A stretch of DNA of 64,000 nucleotides from Candidatus Latescibacterota bacterium (GCA_965219455.1 OZ244744.1:4736001-4800000), one strand, 5' to 3'. Shown: positions 10,424 through 21,366, counted from the first letter of the stretch. A program made the numbers and translations. The notes: generated by a model from the letters alone, not told the origin.

Positions 10424-10540
10424 GGTATAACGTATCACGTTTAACATTATCCGTTTAATATATATCGTTTAATGTTATCCATTTAATGAATTCCATTTAA
10501 CGCTTAATTTTTAACACTTGTCATTTAACGGAATTCGTTA
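10424..10540. promoter_or_regulatory. AT-rich 14-bp-period array of operator-like palindromes
   Basis: About 8 units (cgtttaacattatc, cgtttaatatatat, cgtttaatgttatc, catttaatgaattc...) forming TAAYG-N5-CRTT palindromes directly upstream of higBA. Confidence 0.65.
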
Positions 10541-10555
10541 TATATTTTATCGACA

Positions 10556-10836
10556 GTGCGATTCTTCATGTATACAGAGACCCAACGAATATTCCAGCGC
10601 GCCGTGCCGGAAAACACACGCCGACATTCCACTTGCCGAGTTTCTCCGGTTTCGCACGTTAAGTTGATAGTCGATGACGACACGGGTTGAGCTTCGAATT
10701 CCGTCAGCCAATCGCACTGCAACCTCCGTGCGCCCCGGCGATCCGGCACGGTATGCCAATCAGCGACCGATCTCGAATTGGTTTCACCTGCCGAACCGGC
10801 GGCTCCCGCGACGTTTGGATCGTACACGATCAACCT
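10556..10836 (+). pseudogene. higB: Decayed HigB-like (RelE superfamily) toxin
   Basis: Fragments in different frames (ETQRIFQR, ELRIPSANR, ISDRSRIGFTCRTGGSRDVWIVHD) resemble HigB killer-protein motifs; directly upstream of higA. Confidence 0.6.
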
Positions 10837-10848
10837 GGAGTCAGTTTG

Positions 10849-11154
10849 ATGCGCGATGGGGAAACGGTTCCTGTTCATCCCGGGAAAGTCTTGCTGGAAC
10901 AGTTTCTCAAGCCGATGAATCTCAGCCAGAACCATCTGGCGCTTTCGATTGCGGTGCCGCCGCGACGAATCAACGAGATCGTGCTGGGTAAACGCGGCAT
11001 CACCGCGGATACGGCGCTGAGGCTCGCCCGTTACTTCTACACGGCGCCAGGATTCTGGATGAAAATTCAGACGGACTATGAACTGGACGTCGCCGAGGAC
11101 GCGCTGGCTGACCGCCTGGACCGGGAAGTGCGTCCGCACGTGGGCGGGGGATAG
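10849..11154 (+). CDS. higA: HigA family antitoxin
   Basis: 'PVHPGKVLLEQFLKPMNLSQNHLA...RRINEIVLGKRGITADTALRLARYF...FWM..Q..YEL'. Confidence 0.9.
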   Translation: MRDGETVPVHPGKVLLEQFLKPMNLSQNHLALSIAVPPRRINEIVLGKRGITADTALRLARYFYTAPGFWMKIQTDYELDVAEDALADRLDREVRPHVGGG

Positions 11155-11354
11155 CATCTCGTTTCCGATGGCTGCCGGCGGTTTATCGAATGCGTCGACG
11201 ATATCGCCAAGGAGAGTCGCGCCGAACCTGGGCGCCGGTTCGCAGACCTTGAGCCGATACGGTATGAAAACCTGAAGGAACATACTGGAAAATGGGCAAA
11301 CTTCGCGTTACCGGAAGGCAATGGCCGCCCGTATGGTCGAAAGGATGGAATCCC

Positions 11355-12308
11355 ATGAATAACAAGACTCGCGCGGTTATTCTCGTGTCCGGCACGCGGA
11401 CGATCTGGTTTCTGCTCGCATTGATTTGCACCGTGATTGCGCCGTGGGGCATGGATTCTGCCTTCGCGGAAGGTCGTCCAGGATACGCGCGACTTGATAG
11501 CGCATCCGTAGCGGCCCGGTTGGTTATACCGGATTCCAGCCAGATGCAGGTGATCGAGACAATGGATGGCTCGTCGAACGTGGGACGCATCGTGCGCATC
11601 GGCGACGGTGAGATCGAATTCGAGACCGACCTGGGCGTCATCCGGATCCCCATTGCAAAGATCAAATACATAGAAACATTGCCTGCCGCTTCCGTACACG
11701 ATGGCGAGGTCTGGTTTAAAAATCCCAACGAAACGCGGCTGTTCTTTGCGCCGAAGGCGCGTACGCTGGAAAAGGGTACGGGTTATTTTTCGGTCTACTA
11801 TCTCTTTTTTCCAGGGTTTTCTCTGGGCATATCCGACCGTTTTACATTGGGAGGCGGGTTTTCGATCTTTCCCGGCGTGGATATGAACGAGCAACTCTTC
11901 TTTATCGCGCCAAAAATAGGGCTGGTACAGGATCGTACGTTTCAGCTCTCCACGGGCGCCCTTCTCGTACGTGTCCCCGATGGTGACGCCACTGTGGGCA
12001 TCGTGTATGGTGTGGTGACAGTCGGGGAACCCGATGCAAGCCTGACTGCGGGGCTCGGTTACGGGTTTAAAGACGGAGACCTGGCGGACCGTCCCATGGT
12101 GATGGTGGGCGCAGAGCAACGCTTGGGTCAACACACGGCATTGGTTACGGAGAACTGGATCTTTCCGGGCGTGGACGATCCCGTGGTCTCGCTGGGGCTG
12201 CGGTTTTTCGGCAGGCGATTGAGCGTAGACCTCGCACTTATCAACACGTTAGGGGAGGAAGCATTTTTCCCCGGCCTGCCGTACGTGGACTTTGTATATC
12301 GGTTCTGA
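11355..12308 (+). CDS. Exported protein, probable outer-membrane beta-barrel
   Basis: Signal peptide, amphipathic beta-strands, C-terminal 'FVYRF'. Confidence 0.6.
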   Translation: MNNKTRAVILVSGTRTIWFLLALICTVIAPWGMDSAFAEGRPGYARLDSASVAARLVIPDSSQMQVIETMDGSSNVGRIVRIGDGEIEFETDLGVIRIPIAKIKYIETLPAASVHDGEVWFKNPNETRLFFAPKARTLEKGTGYFSVYYLFFPGFSLGISDRFTLGGGFSIFPGVDMNEQLFFIAPKIGLVQDRTFQLSTGALLVRVPDGDATVGIVYGVVTVGEPDASLTAGLGYGFKDGDLADRPMVMVGAEQRLGQHTALVTENWIFPGVDDPVVSLGLRFFGRRLSVDLALINTLGEEAFFPGLPYVDFVYRF

Positions 12309-12350
12309 CGACAGTGTCTCAGGTTCTATATCCGGACGACAGGCGATTAA

Positions 12351-12914
12351 ATGACCACCTGCATGCGCAAGGTCTGCATCATCGGTTGCGGGGGCGCGGG
12401 AAAGTCCACACTGGCCGTCAAACTCGGACCGCTGCTGGATCTGCCGGTCGTCCACCTCGACGCCGCCCACTGGAAGCCCAACTGGGAAAAACCGTCGTCA
12501 GAGGAATGGCGGCGCCAGCACGCGGAACTTCTCAGTCGTGACGCCTGGATACTGGACGGGAACTACGGTGGAACGATGGGCGAGCGGATCGCCGCCAGCG
12601 ATACGGTAATCCTGCTGTCGCCGTCCCGCTTCACCTGTCTGTTTCAGGTATTCAAACGGGCGATCAGGCATCTGGGACGTAGCCGCGCGGACCTGAATCC
12701 CGGCTGCCGGGAGCAGTTGCCCGACCGGGAATTCCTGGAATGGATCTGGAACTACAACAGGACCCGCCTGCCGGACATACTGCATGACTTGGACCGGGTC
12801 AGGAACGACAAGAACATCGTGATCCTGCGGTCGCGAGCCGACATGGCAAGGTTTCTGAATGCTTTGAAGCGCGAAAGTCAGCGGCAGAATCGCAAATCCA
12901 AGCGGCTGTCCTAA
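12351..12914 (+). CDS. Adenylate-kinase-like 'DNA topology modulation protein' (FlaR family)
   Basis: 'IIGCGGAGKSTLA', 'HLD..HWKPNW', 'WILDGNY', 'GCREQ'. Confidence 0.85.
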   Translation: MTTCMRKVCIIGCGGAGKSTLAVKLGPLLDLPVVHLDAAHWKPNWEKPSSEEWRRQHAELLSRDAWILDGNYGGTMGERIAASDTVILLSPSRFTCLFQVFKRAIRHLGRSRADLNPGCREQLPDREFLEWIWNYNRTRLPDILHDLDRVRNDKNIVILRSRADMARFLNALKRESQRQNRKSKRLS

Positions 12915-13067
12915 CCGGTCCAACACCTTGCCGGCCGGTGGTGGAGTTGGGGGTTTTTCCGTGCAGATCCGTTCACCATCGCCGCATAATAGATCCATCT
13001 GCGCCCGTAGGGCACCAAGATTCGTGTGTACCATTGAGGTGATTCATGGAAAAACCGGCCCCGCGCC

Positions 13068-13140
13068 GAGCGGCGCCCTTCTTTTTCGCCCTTTTTCTTG
13101 GGCGATGCAAGAAAAAGGGCAAGGGAACAGGGGACGTTTG
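13068..13140 (+). repeat. 73-bp hairpin repeat, copy 2
   Basis: GAGCGGCGCCCTTCTTTTTCGCCCTTTTTCTTGGGCGATGCAAGAAAAAGGGCAAGGGAACAGGGGACGTTTG. Confidence 0.9.
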
Positions 13141-13279
13141 AGGGGTGCGACGGATCTACTTCACGGATAGCGAATCGCGGGATTCCGCCAACGGAACGAT
13201 GGCAATGATGGGTTGACGCATGTTCATTTCATGTCATTGGATTGAAGGCAGAGTCCGTTCAAAGAAATGGAGCGATCCG

Positions 13280-13912
13280 GTGAACACGAGGTTCCGCAGG
13301 GGGGATGCGATCCTCTACCGAGAACTTGACGAGAACGGACAACTTATCGACGTGAAGCCAGTTACTGTCGCGGAGGATTCCGAAGCACGACTCGCGCTCT
13401 GGCTTCCGCTGGGTACACCTGCCAAAAAGCCGGAATTGCGGCCCAATCGTCCGGGCAAAACGCGCGATTGGGTGAATGGATCCTGGGCATTGGTCGATTC
13501 GATCTGGCAATGGGCGGAGCTTCTCGTCATCGTCCGGCCCGGCGATTGTCAGGCAACCTGGGTGCGATGGTCTGCCGTTGGCGAGTTTCTCGGGTGGTAT
13601 GTAAACCTCCAGAGTAAATTGACGCGTACGCGGCTGGGGTTCGATTTCAGGGATCATCAGTTGGATATTGTTGTTGAACCGGACAGATGCTGGAAGTGGA
13701 AGGATCGGGATGAACTCGATCTTTCCGTCAGCCAGGGTCGAATGACACCCGAAGCGGGCAGAGCGGTGAGGAAAGAAGGAAAACGCGCCGTTGTAGAAAT
13801 CGAACGCGGCGCCGGGATATATTCAGAGGGATGGGAAAACTGGCGCCCCGATGCCTCCCTGCCGCGCCCGTACTTGCCGGCGGATTGGGACGACCTGTCG
13901 ATGTACGGTTAG
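13280..13912 (+). CDS. DUF402 family protein (FomD/Ntdp-like)
   Basis: 'GWYVNLQ', 'DHQLDIVVEPD...WKDRDEL'; GTG start with GGAG RBS. Confidence 0.8.
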   Translation: MNTRFRRGDAILYRELDENGQLIDVKPVTVAEDSEARLALWLPLGTPAKKPELRPNRPGKTRDWVNGSWALVDSIWQWAELLVIVRPGDCQATWVRWSAVGEFLGWYVNLQSKLTRTRLGFDFRDHQLDIVVEPDRCWKWKDRDELDLSVSQGRMTPEAGRAVRKEGKRAVVEIERGAGIYSEGWENWRPDASLPRPYLPADWDDLSMYG

Positions 13913-14118
13913 TACCGGAGTCCGGAAAGTGAGAAGGACAGGCTCAGGACAATGCTCAGGGGGCCGGCTTGGCTTCCGCGACTCCCCGGGGAGAGTGACG
14001 CGGATGTGAAGCGCTTGATTGCATTTCGCGAACGGACATCGCCAGCCTCGGGCCTTCACAGCGTGACCCTTTTTGGCACATGTATAAGGAATCACCTAAC
14101 CCTGACGTCCAGGCAGCG

Positions 14119-14438
14119 TGTCATGCTGAGCGGAGTCGAAGCATCTCCCGTCCGTTCGGGTGAATGTGGGGTTGTGCAGCGCGCAGAGGGGCCTGATGGA
14201 ACCGACACTTGTGTGCCATCCGATGCTGCAGTAGATCCTTCGTCAGCCTGACGGCCTCCTCAGGATGACAGTTTAGGCGAACGTGTCTCGGATACATCTC
14301 ACGGGGTGTTTTCGGGCAGCGTGTCATGCTGAGCGGAGTCGAAGCATCTCCCGTCTGCTCGATTGTCCATACGGCGGCAACACGGCTCCACCTGTTTGCG
14401 CGGACACATCGTCGGCCATTCGGGTCCTCAGCATGACA
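14119..14438. repeat. Two tandem REP-like inverted-repeat units
   Basis: TGTCATGCTGAGCGGAGTCGAAGCATCTC at 14119 and 14322, closed by CTCAGGATGACA (to 14270) and CTCAGCATGACA (to 14438). Confidence 0.8.
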
Positions 14439-14584
14439 GTATGGACTAAGATTTGAGGGGTACGTCTTTTGTACAGAGGAACCCGATGCCGGATTTCACA
14501 CGCCCAGCACGAAACTTCTGGGTATCCCGGGACGTTTAAGGGCGGGCACGGTCAACAACGAACCTCCAGAATCGGGAGAATTCA

Positions 14585-16666
14585 ATGATGCGTCGAATCG
14601 GAGCGTTGCTGCCAGCCGGGCTGGTGGCCGTCTGCGCCATGCTACAGTGTAGCCAACCCGAGAAAGCACCGCAGCCCCTTTCCGTTGCCAAATATACCGG
14701 CGACCTTCCCGGGTTGCAGTCGCGGGGCGTGCTCAGGGCGATCGTCCCCCTGGAACCCATCGCCTATATGCCCCGACAAGGCGAACAGGTGACACTCACT
14801 TACGATATCGCCCGGGAGCTTGCGGAAGCCCTCAATCTGAACCCGGTTCTCGTCCAGGTCGGAGATTTCTCCAAAATGACGGGAAAGTTGCTCGAGGGCG
14901 AAGGCGACATTGTGTTGGCCAGCCTGACCATCACGCCAGAACGCCAGGAGCGAGCCGCTTTCTCCGTTCCATATATGTACGTGGACGAATTCCTGGTCAC
15001 GAAATCGGGCGGCAAAACGCCCGAAACGATCGCGGACCTCGGTGGTATGGAGATCAGCGTGCGGAAGTCCAGTTCCTACCAGCGGACCCTGATCGAACTC
15101 CAGAAAAAAGTTCCATCGCTGCGGATCCGCCACGTCCCGGAAACGCTGAATATCGAGGCATTGCTGGACGGGGTCGCCCGGGGCGACTACGAGGCCACCG
15201 TATCCGACTCCCATCTTTGGTACGCCCTGTCAAGCTACTATGACAGTTTGACGACGCCGCTGGTGCTGGCCATGGATCGGCCGATCGCGATGATGATGCG
15301 CCCCGGAGATACGCTACTGAAAACCAAAGTGGATGAATTCCTCCTCGCCCAGCACTTTTCTCGCGAGCGGCAACACGAATTCACCGACGATCTCCCGGGG
15401 CTGATCGAGCGGGGCCGGCTGCGCATGATCACGCGCAACAACGCGATGACCTATTTCATTCACCGGGGCCTGCAGGTGGGGTTCGAGTACGAACTGATGA
15501 AAAAGTTCGCCTCCGAACATGGCCTGCGCCTGGAAATCGTAATCCCGAAATCCCATGCGGAACTGCTGTCGTATTTGAACGAAGGCAAGGGTGACGTGGT
15601 GGCCGCGGCTATGACCATAACCCCCGAACGACAGGCGGAGGCGGATTTCACGAGGCCGTATAACGAGGTGGAAGAGGTCGTCGTGGTGCGTGCGGACGAC
15701 GATTCGATTGCCAGCCTGAACGATCTGGCCGGCCGGACGTTCCACGTTCGCGCCAGTTCCTCATTTTTTAGTACTCTGACGGCGTTGCAAGATTCCGTAG
15801 AAGGACTCCGGATTGTCAAACTGCCTGATGACGTCGAGACCGAAGAAATACTGGCCGGGGTCGAGTCCGGACGCTATGACCTTACAATTGCCGATTCCAA
15901 CCTGCTCGACGTGGAGCGTTCGTACGGCCGCAGGCTCAGAGCCGCCTTCAGCATCAAGTCCACGATGTTGGGCTGGGCCGTGCGCAAGGACAACCCGGCC
16001 CTGCTGGCATCGCTTAACAAGTACATCAGGCGGGAAAAAGGCGGTCTTTACTTCAACATGATGAAGAAGCGGTATTTCGAGAACGAACGAGGGATTGCCA
16101 GGGCCAAAGATTCAACGCGTGTCGACTTGAGCGGACAGTTGTCGCCATACGACGACCTTGCCAAGAAGTACTCTCGACAGTACGGCCAGGACTGGCGCCT
16201 GATTACCGCTCAGATGTACCAGGAATCGAAATTCAACCCCGACGCCGTCAGTTGGGTGGGCGCAATGGGCCTGATGCAGGTGATGCCGAAAACGGGATTG
16301 CATTTGGGATTCACCGACCTGGAGGATCCCGAACAGGGCATCCACGCCGGCACCAAGTACATGTATCAACTGGTCCGGCGCTTCGATCTGGAGATTCCCA
16401 TGCAGTCGCGGATTCGATTTGCCCTGGCTTCCTACAACGTCGGCTACGGACATCTGCTGGATGCCCGCCGCCTGGCGCGCGAGATGGGACGGGACCCCAA
16501 CCGCTGGTTCGGCCACGTGGAGGAGGCGATGCGTCTGCTTTCCCAGCCGGCCTACTACGAACGGGCGCGATACGGCTACTGTCGCGGCGGGCAGCCCGTG
16601 CACTACGTCGAGAAGGTCCAGAGCCTGTACGACGCCTACGTCGCGGTCCTGGAAAACGCGCAATGA
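14585..16666 (+). CDS. mltF: MltF-like lytic transglycosylase with two solute-binding (family 3) domains and an SLT domain
   Basis: Signal/lipobox; two SBP repeats (GFEYEL, MTITPERQ); SLT motifs 'QMYQESKF', 'GAMGLMQVMP', 'ASYNVG'. Confidence 0.8.
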   Translation: MMRRIGALLPAGLVAVCAMLQCSQPEKAPQPLSVAKYTGDLPGLQSRGVLRAIVPLEPIAYMPRQGEQVTLTYDIARELAEALNLNPVLVQVGDFSKMTGKLLEGEGDIVLASLTITPERQERAAFSVPYMYVDEFLVTKSGGKTPETIADLGGMEISVRKSSSYQRTLIELQKKVPSLRIRHVPETLNIEALLDGVARGDYEATVSDSHLWYALSSYYDSLTTPLVLAMDRPIAMMMRPGDTLLKTKVDEFLLAQHFSRERQHEFTDDLPGLIERGRLRMITRNNAMTYFIHRGLQVGFEYELMKKFASEHGLRLEIVIPKSHAELLSYLNEGKGDVVAAAMTITPERQAEADFTRPYNEVEEVVVVRADDDSIASLNDLAGRTFHVRASSSFFSTLTALQDSVEGLRIVKLPDDVETEEILAGVESGRYDLTIADSNLLDVERSYGRRLRAAFSIKSTMLGWAVRKDNPALLASLNKYIRREKGGLYFNMMKKRYFENERGIARAKDSTRVDLSGQLSPYDDLAKKYSRQYGQDWRLITAQMYQESKFNPDAVSWVGAMGLMQVMPKTGLHLGFTDLEDPEQGIHAGTKYMYQLVRRFDLEIPMQSRIRFALASYNVGYGHLLDARRLAREMGRDPNRWFGHVEEAMRLLSQPAYYERARYGYCRGGQPVHYVEKVQSLYDAYVAVLENAQ

Positions 16667-16751
16667 GTGCGGAGTGTCGGCGGCTGAGCGCGGCCGGCGT
16701 GGTAGAACCGTGAATTGAAGTAAATTGTGATTTATCGCCGAAAGGTGAAAT

Positions 16752-17516
16752 ATGAACAGATTTCACCGCGCGAACCGGGCCCGCTGGAACCTGGGTGCGG
16801 CGGAATGGGCGGCAAGCCACGATAGACGCGGCACGTGGCGTATTGCCCACCGGCAGCCGGAGCAGGTCTTCCTCGGGCAGGAATTGGATTTGATCGGATC
16901 CGTGGAAGGCCGGGACGTCTGTGTTCTGGGCAGTGGCGACAATCTCGCGGTATTCGCATTCGCCGGAATGGGCGCACGGGTCACGTCCGTGGATATTTCG
17001 GTTGAACAACTGGCGGTGGCGCGCCGTCGCGCCGATGAACTGGATCTCAGTATAGAATTCGTGGAAGCCGACGTCACCGATCTGAGTTGCCTGAAGAGCG
17101 CCGGCTTCGACATCGTTTACACGGGCGGCCACGTGGCCGTGTGGGTCAGTGATCTGCGAACCTACTACAGCGAGGCTATCCGGATCTTGCGCAGGAAGGG
17201 GTTGTTCCTGATCAACGAGTACCACCCGTTCCGAAGAATATGGAAGGGATCGCATTCCTCACTGGAAGTCGGGTATAGCTACTTTGATAATGGCCCCCAT
17301 AAATACAGTGTCGCGGACGACGTGCAAGCCAAATCGTCTGAAGAGATGGTGCAATATGAATACCATTGGACGGTTTCCGAGTATCTCAACGCGGTCATCG
17401 AACGGGGCATTGACCTGATCAGGTTCGAGGAAATCGGGGATGAGGCCGAGGAGTGGGAGGGGGCTCCGCTTGGGGGTCTGCCCCAAAAGCTGTTGATCGC
17501 AGGCAGAAAGGCTTAA
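16752..17516 (+). CDS. Class I SAM-dependent methyltransferase
   Basis: 'VCVLGSGD', 'VTSVDIS', 'FDIVYT', 'EYHPF'. Confidence 0.85.
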   Translation: MNRFHRANRARWNLGAAEWAASHDRRGTWRIAHRQPEQVFLGQELDLIGSVEGRDVCVLGSGDNLAVFAFAGMGARVTSVDISVEQLAVARRRADELDLSIEFVEADVTDLSCLKSAGFDIVYTGGHVAVWVSDLRTYYSEAIRILRRKGLFLINEYHPFRRIWKGSHSSLEVGYSYFDNGPHKYSVADDVQAKSSEEMVQYEYHWTVSEYLNAVIERGIDLIRFEEIGDEAEEWEGAPLGGLPQKLLIAGRKA

Positions 17517-17663
17517 CTCCGGGAGGAATCCGTATTTGCAACAGGCGAATGCGCCAGCAATGGCTGTGGCCGATGCTGGCGTTTCTTTGTCTACCGTGTT
17601 CAGGTTCGGAAAGTAACGATTTTACACCTCAAGACGCCCGCTTTGCGCCGGTAAATTGTCAAA

Positions 17664-18677
17664 ATGAAACGCAATTTCAAATCTCGCGTCCTGGCGCGCA
17701 GACCTGCCACGCTTCCGAGCGTGATTTGCTTTGCGATGATGGCGGCGGTCGCCGCAGGTTTCGTGTGGGCCTGTAGCCAGGAGCGCACGACGGGATCCGA
17801 ATCAGTCAACCTCCCGCCGGATACGCGGATACAAACGCCGTGGCATCTGGTGAACGTGCACTTATACCCCACGAATGAACCGAACGACATCCAGTCCTAT
17901 TGCACGACCTTCCGCATCACCGGAAACCTGCCCGACGATATCAACGTGTATATATCCCCGTTCAACCAGCGGATCAATGGCATACGTTGCTACGGAGGCG
18001 TACAGACGCGAATCGACGGCTATTCAGACCGAGACCAGGTCCGAACATCCTTCGTTGTAAGGGACCGTGGCGCGATTTTCTCTCGATGGGAAGAGCGGAA
18101 TCCGGATGCGATCAGGCAGGCGCCGGGCGGCCTTATCAGGAGCGCGGGTTACGAGGGAGACTTCATCAGCGTGCGCAACGACTTCAGATGGACGAAGGGT
18201 TCCTATCGCCTCTGTCTGGTCAAGTCGGACGTTGTGGACGGAGCGCCGCTTCCCGCGAACTATACTGCCGATGATGTCGCGTACAGCTGGGGACGTTATG
18301 TGCATACCTGGGTACATATGGAAGCGACTGATCTGAGTACGGATGAAACGACCGTCGTCGGCGCACTCGCGTTCCCCGGAAGATCGCTCTCATTGCGAGC
18401 ATTGAACACGATATTCATTGAGATTTATGGCCACGGCGGGACCATTTCCACAAGGGATGTCCCTGGTTTCACCGTTTCCTTTTTAAATTTCCAGGTTGAC
18501 GGGAATAACCAGCAATTCGATCGAATCGTGGAAGTTACGAATCCTCTCGCCGTGCACGCTTCCGCCCCGGTGATGGCGCAAACACGGTACTTGAAGGATC
18601 AAGGCGCAATCGAAATTGAAGTTGGAAAGCACGTTGGAAAGACAGGGAAGTTCGTCAGAGAACTAATGGCCAACTGA
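17664..18677 (+). CDS. Hypothetical lipoprotein
   Basis: 337-aa ORF, hydrophobic stretch ending 'FVWAC', beta-rich; start uncertain. Confidence 0.55.
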   Translation: MKRNFKSRVLARRPATLPSVICFAMMAAVAAGFVWACSQERTTGSESVNLPPDTRIQTPWHLVNVHLYPTNEPNDIQSYCTTFRITGNLPDDINVYISPFNQRINGIRCYGGVQTRIDGYSDRDQVRTSFVVRDRGAIFSRWEERNPDAIRQAPGGLIRSAGYEGDFISVRNDFRWTKGSYRLCLVKSDVVDGAPLPANYTADDVAYSWGRYVHTWVHMEATDLSTDETTVVGALAFPGRSLSLRALNTIFIEIYGHGGTISTRDVPGFTVSFLNFQVDGNNQQFDRIVEVTNPLAVHASAPVMAQTRYLKDQGAIEIEVGKHVGKTGKFVRELMAN

Positions 18678-19089
18678 ACTTCGGCGTCCGGCCAGGGCAC
18701 ATTCCATCGCTCCTGGAGGAAGCGCGACAAGCCGATGTAACAGTCAGCGATCAAACATCCGGCTTGCGCTCACAAAGATTGTCTTCAGGAGAAAGTCCGC
18801 TCATGGAGTTACAATTGCGATAGCTCCACAGGACGGCATGGTTAGATCTTCCTTTTCGCAGGTGTGGTGGCTGTCTCCCGAAGAGAGATTGTCGATTTTG
18901 ACGCTCGCAAGCTCGTTTTGCTCGCCAACCTGACCAGGTATCCTGTTATGGACCCGTAAGTTGACTCCAAACCAATCTTGGATGATGATACTTTCCTCTA
19001 TTAGATTCCCCCGCTCCTTCGGCACCGTGTGCCGGGTACCGCGAACGTGCCTCTCACGGACCAGTCTCCGAAAAATTCGGAGCGGTTCA

Positions 19090-19923
19090 CTAATCCATCG
19101 GCCATGCCTTTTGGGAGGCCGCACATACCCATTTCTTCGAGGCACCCGCGATCATCCTGCTATGCCTTGCGCAGATTTCGTTGAAATGATCCACCCAGTT
19201 CGCTGACTGCTTTGAATTGGGAATCAGATTCACGAATAGTGTTGCGTCAGCATCTCTCATCGCAACTCCCAACGCGACATCGGGGGACAATGCCATCCAC
19301 ATCCTTTGTTCCGCAGGAATCCAATTCGGGTCGTCCCTTTTCTGCTTTTGGTTGTCCACTCCCAGCTCGGTATCACGAGAAACAAACGGTCCACAATCGC
19401 CTAAAACAAAGGTCGGAGCATCCACTTGACTGAATACCATGACCAATTCGCTATTCTGAATGAGCTTCGTGCTTTCCTCCCGAAAAACGGAAGCCATGTC
19501 TTCGCCGATTCTTTCAAATTCGATCTGGATCGCGTCCAACCCGGAAAAGAAATTTTCTCCCAACCATTGGGGGGACCGGTACGCCAAATGCAAAAGGAAC
19601 AGCCCGCAGGCTCGAATGTCATCTGAAATCGCCTTCACACAGGAAAGGTCGCCCTGATCGATCCCCTTCCGTGCCGCGCGGAGGACATTCTTCACACAGG
19701 CGTGGAAGAGATTCTCCGTCTCGGTAATTTGGGACTCCAAGGATTCTCCAATCTCCTTTGCTGCGTAATAATCTCTTCGTCTGAAGATGTTCCGTGGCTT
19801 GCTTTTGAAGGACTTCCTTGGAACCTTGCTGCCAACGTGAAGCATACCGTCTCGATCCGTGAAATTCTCAAGGAGCCATCTAGGGATCGTATGTTGCTGT
19901 TCCGATTTCATCTTCTTGTTCAT
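19090..19923 (-). CDS. DUF4238 domain protein
   Basis: N-terminal 'QHTIPRWLLENF', 'FVLGDCGP', 'LSPDVAL'. Confidence 0.65.
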   Translation of the reverse strand: MNKKMKSEQQHTIPRWLLENFTDRDGMLHVGSKVPRKSFKSKPRNIFRRRDYYAAKEIGESLESQITETENLFHACVKNVLRAARKGIDQGDLSCVKAISDDIRACGLFLLHLAYRSPQWLGENFFSGLDAIQIEFERIGEDMASVFREESTKLIQNSELVMVFSQVDAPTFVLGDCGPFVSRDTELGVDNQKQKRDDPNWIPAEQRMWMALSPDVALGVAMRDADATLFVNLIPNSKQSANWVDHFNEICARHSRMIAGASKKWVCAASQKAWPMD

Positions 19924-20648
19924 AGCGGTGGGTCCATATCCAATTATCAGGCCAATGAGAAACCGGGGATATACCCCAAAACCCGGGATGTGCGGAATAT
20001 ATGATGAATTCGCCGGACGGGTCGATAACCCGGCCTCAATTTCCATATACAGATAGATGTCTGAAAATGATAGGAAAAGGGTGGAAAACCGCGATGAATC
20101 CTTGCCAAGAGATCAAAAACCCGTCTGAGCCGATCCGCCTTAGCCCCAAAGGCCGATAACAGCCCATGAAAACCCATCGGGATTCCCCTTCCGGTGAACT
20201 TGCGCATCGCGAGGCCGAGATTGAAGCCATGCCCTTGAAAAACACAGGCGCTTGTAAATGTTGGTGTGGACGAGCAAGTGAGTTGGTCGTATATCCCCGG
20301 TTTCACGGTTATGAGCAAAACTGCGTTCCGCAGGCTTGGAGCGCCGTCGCTGGAGTCTCTTACATCACTCTACCCGAAGGTACCGTCGATTGACAGGAAG
20401 CACTGATGCTGAACAGCCGCGTGAATCTGGCCATCGCCTTCACCTGGCATGGAGGCGGGCGACGGCGATATCACAATCTTTAACCTTTGCGAAGCCACAC
20501 GCGGTGTCGCCCGAATCAGGATGGAAGGATTGGCCGAAAGGAGAGAGTAGGCAGAGGGGAAGGAGATATTCGTTATTGCACTTCGCCGACTGTAGCGCCT
20601 TGTAATTTGTAACACCTGTCGTTCTGATTGCGCCGTTCGTTCAGGATA

Positions 20649-21059
20649 TCACGCATCTGCGAGGTTCAGCTTCGCCCTCAAAGTGCGCCGCACGCGTCGC
20701 AACACCCTTACCGCGTTCTTTGAATCTTCGAAAGAGGCGTTTTCCCCGGGATAGCGAAATTCAACGCCATATGGATAGAGGAAATCGAGATCAGGTCGCA
20801 ATTTCTCGAGATCGGCATCCATATCCACAGCGAAATCCAATAGTGCCAGAAGATCGTGAATTTTCGGAAAATGAACGCGATGAAAAACCAGAAAAGCTTT
20901 GAGGTACTTTTCGATACACTGATGCGCGCAGAAACATACGTTGTCGGGAACAGGTTCCTTGCGTTTCCGAACCATCGTTGTGGCTGTGCGAAAGTCTTCT
21001 TCCGCTTTGTAGACCCACGCTTGTATATCACCTGGTTGATTCGTAGAGGGTGCGTCCAA
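20649..21059 (-). CDS. HEPN domain protein
   Basis: 'WVYKAEEDF', 'CFCAHQCIEKYLKAFL', 'PKIHDL', 'RYPG'; no ATG at the expected place, TTG at 21059 assumed. Confidence 0.85.
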   Translation of the reverse strand: MDAPSTNQPGDIQAWVYKAEEDFRTATTMVRKRKEPVPDNVCFCAHQCIEKYLKAFLVFHRVHFPKIHDLLALLDFAVDMDADLEKLRPDLDFLYPYGVEFRYPGENASFEDSKNAVRVLRRVRRTLRAKLNLADA

Positions 21060-21366
21060 GTTTGAAGATTTCCTCGAGAAATGGATCAAAGTTTCGCAAG
21101 CGGGTTTGAATCTCTTCCGGTGTACGCACGACGATATCCATCGCGACATATTTGGGACGACAGATGCGAGCAACAGCAGCACTGCGCGCTGCCGGACGCA
21201 TTTCTGTATCCATAATGACAAGCAGATCCAGATCGCTATCGTTCCTCGGCGCACCATAAGCATAGGAGCCAAAGAGGATGATTTTATCTGGATTGAAGTG
21301 ATCGACAATTCTTCTCGCGATCTCAACCAAGAGCGGTTCTGAAATTTTTTGTACTTTCGCATTCAT
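21028..21366 (-). CDS. Minimal nucleotidyltransferase (MNT) of MNT-HEPN pair
   Basis: 'IILFGSYAYG....SDLDLLVI'; overlaps HEPN gene. Confidence 0.9.
   Translation of the reverse strand: MNAKVQKISEPLLVEIARRIVDHFNPDKIILFGSYAYGAPRNDSDLDLLVIMDTEMRPAARSAAVARICRPKYVAMDIVVRTPEEIQTRLRNFDPFLEEIFKLGRTLYESTR

Noticed and set aside
10424-10540. CRISPR array
   Set aside because: Period is 14 bp with degenerate units, no spacers, and no cas genes in the window.
211-18677. Integron cassette array (co-oriented small genes, several TAAC at stop codons)
   Set aside because: No integrase and no convincing 57-141 bp attC with paired R/L boxes by eye. IntegronFinder would settle it.
18801-20605. Short ORFs around the DUF4238 gene (18801..19145, 20166..20393)
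   Set aside because: No recognisable family, RBS or clear start; left uncalled.
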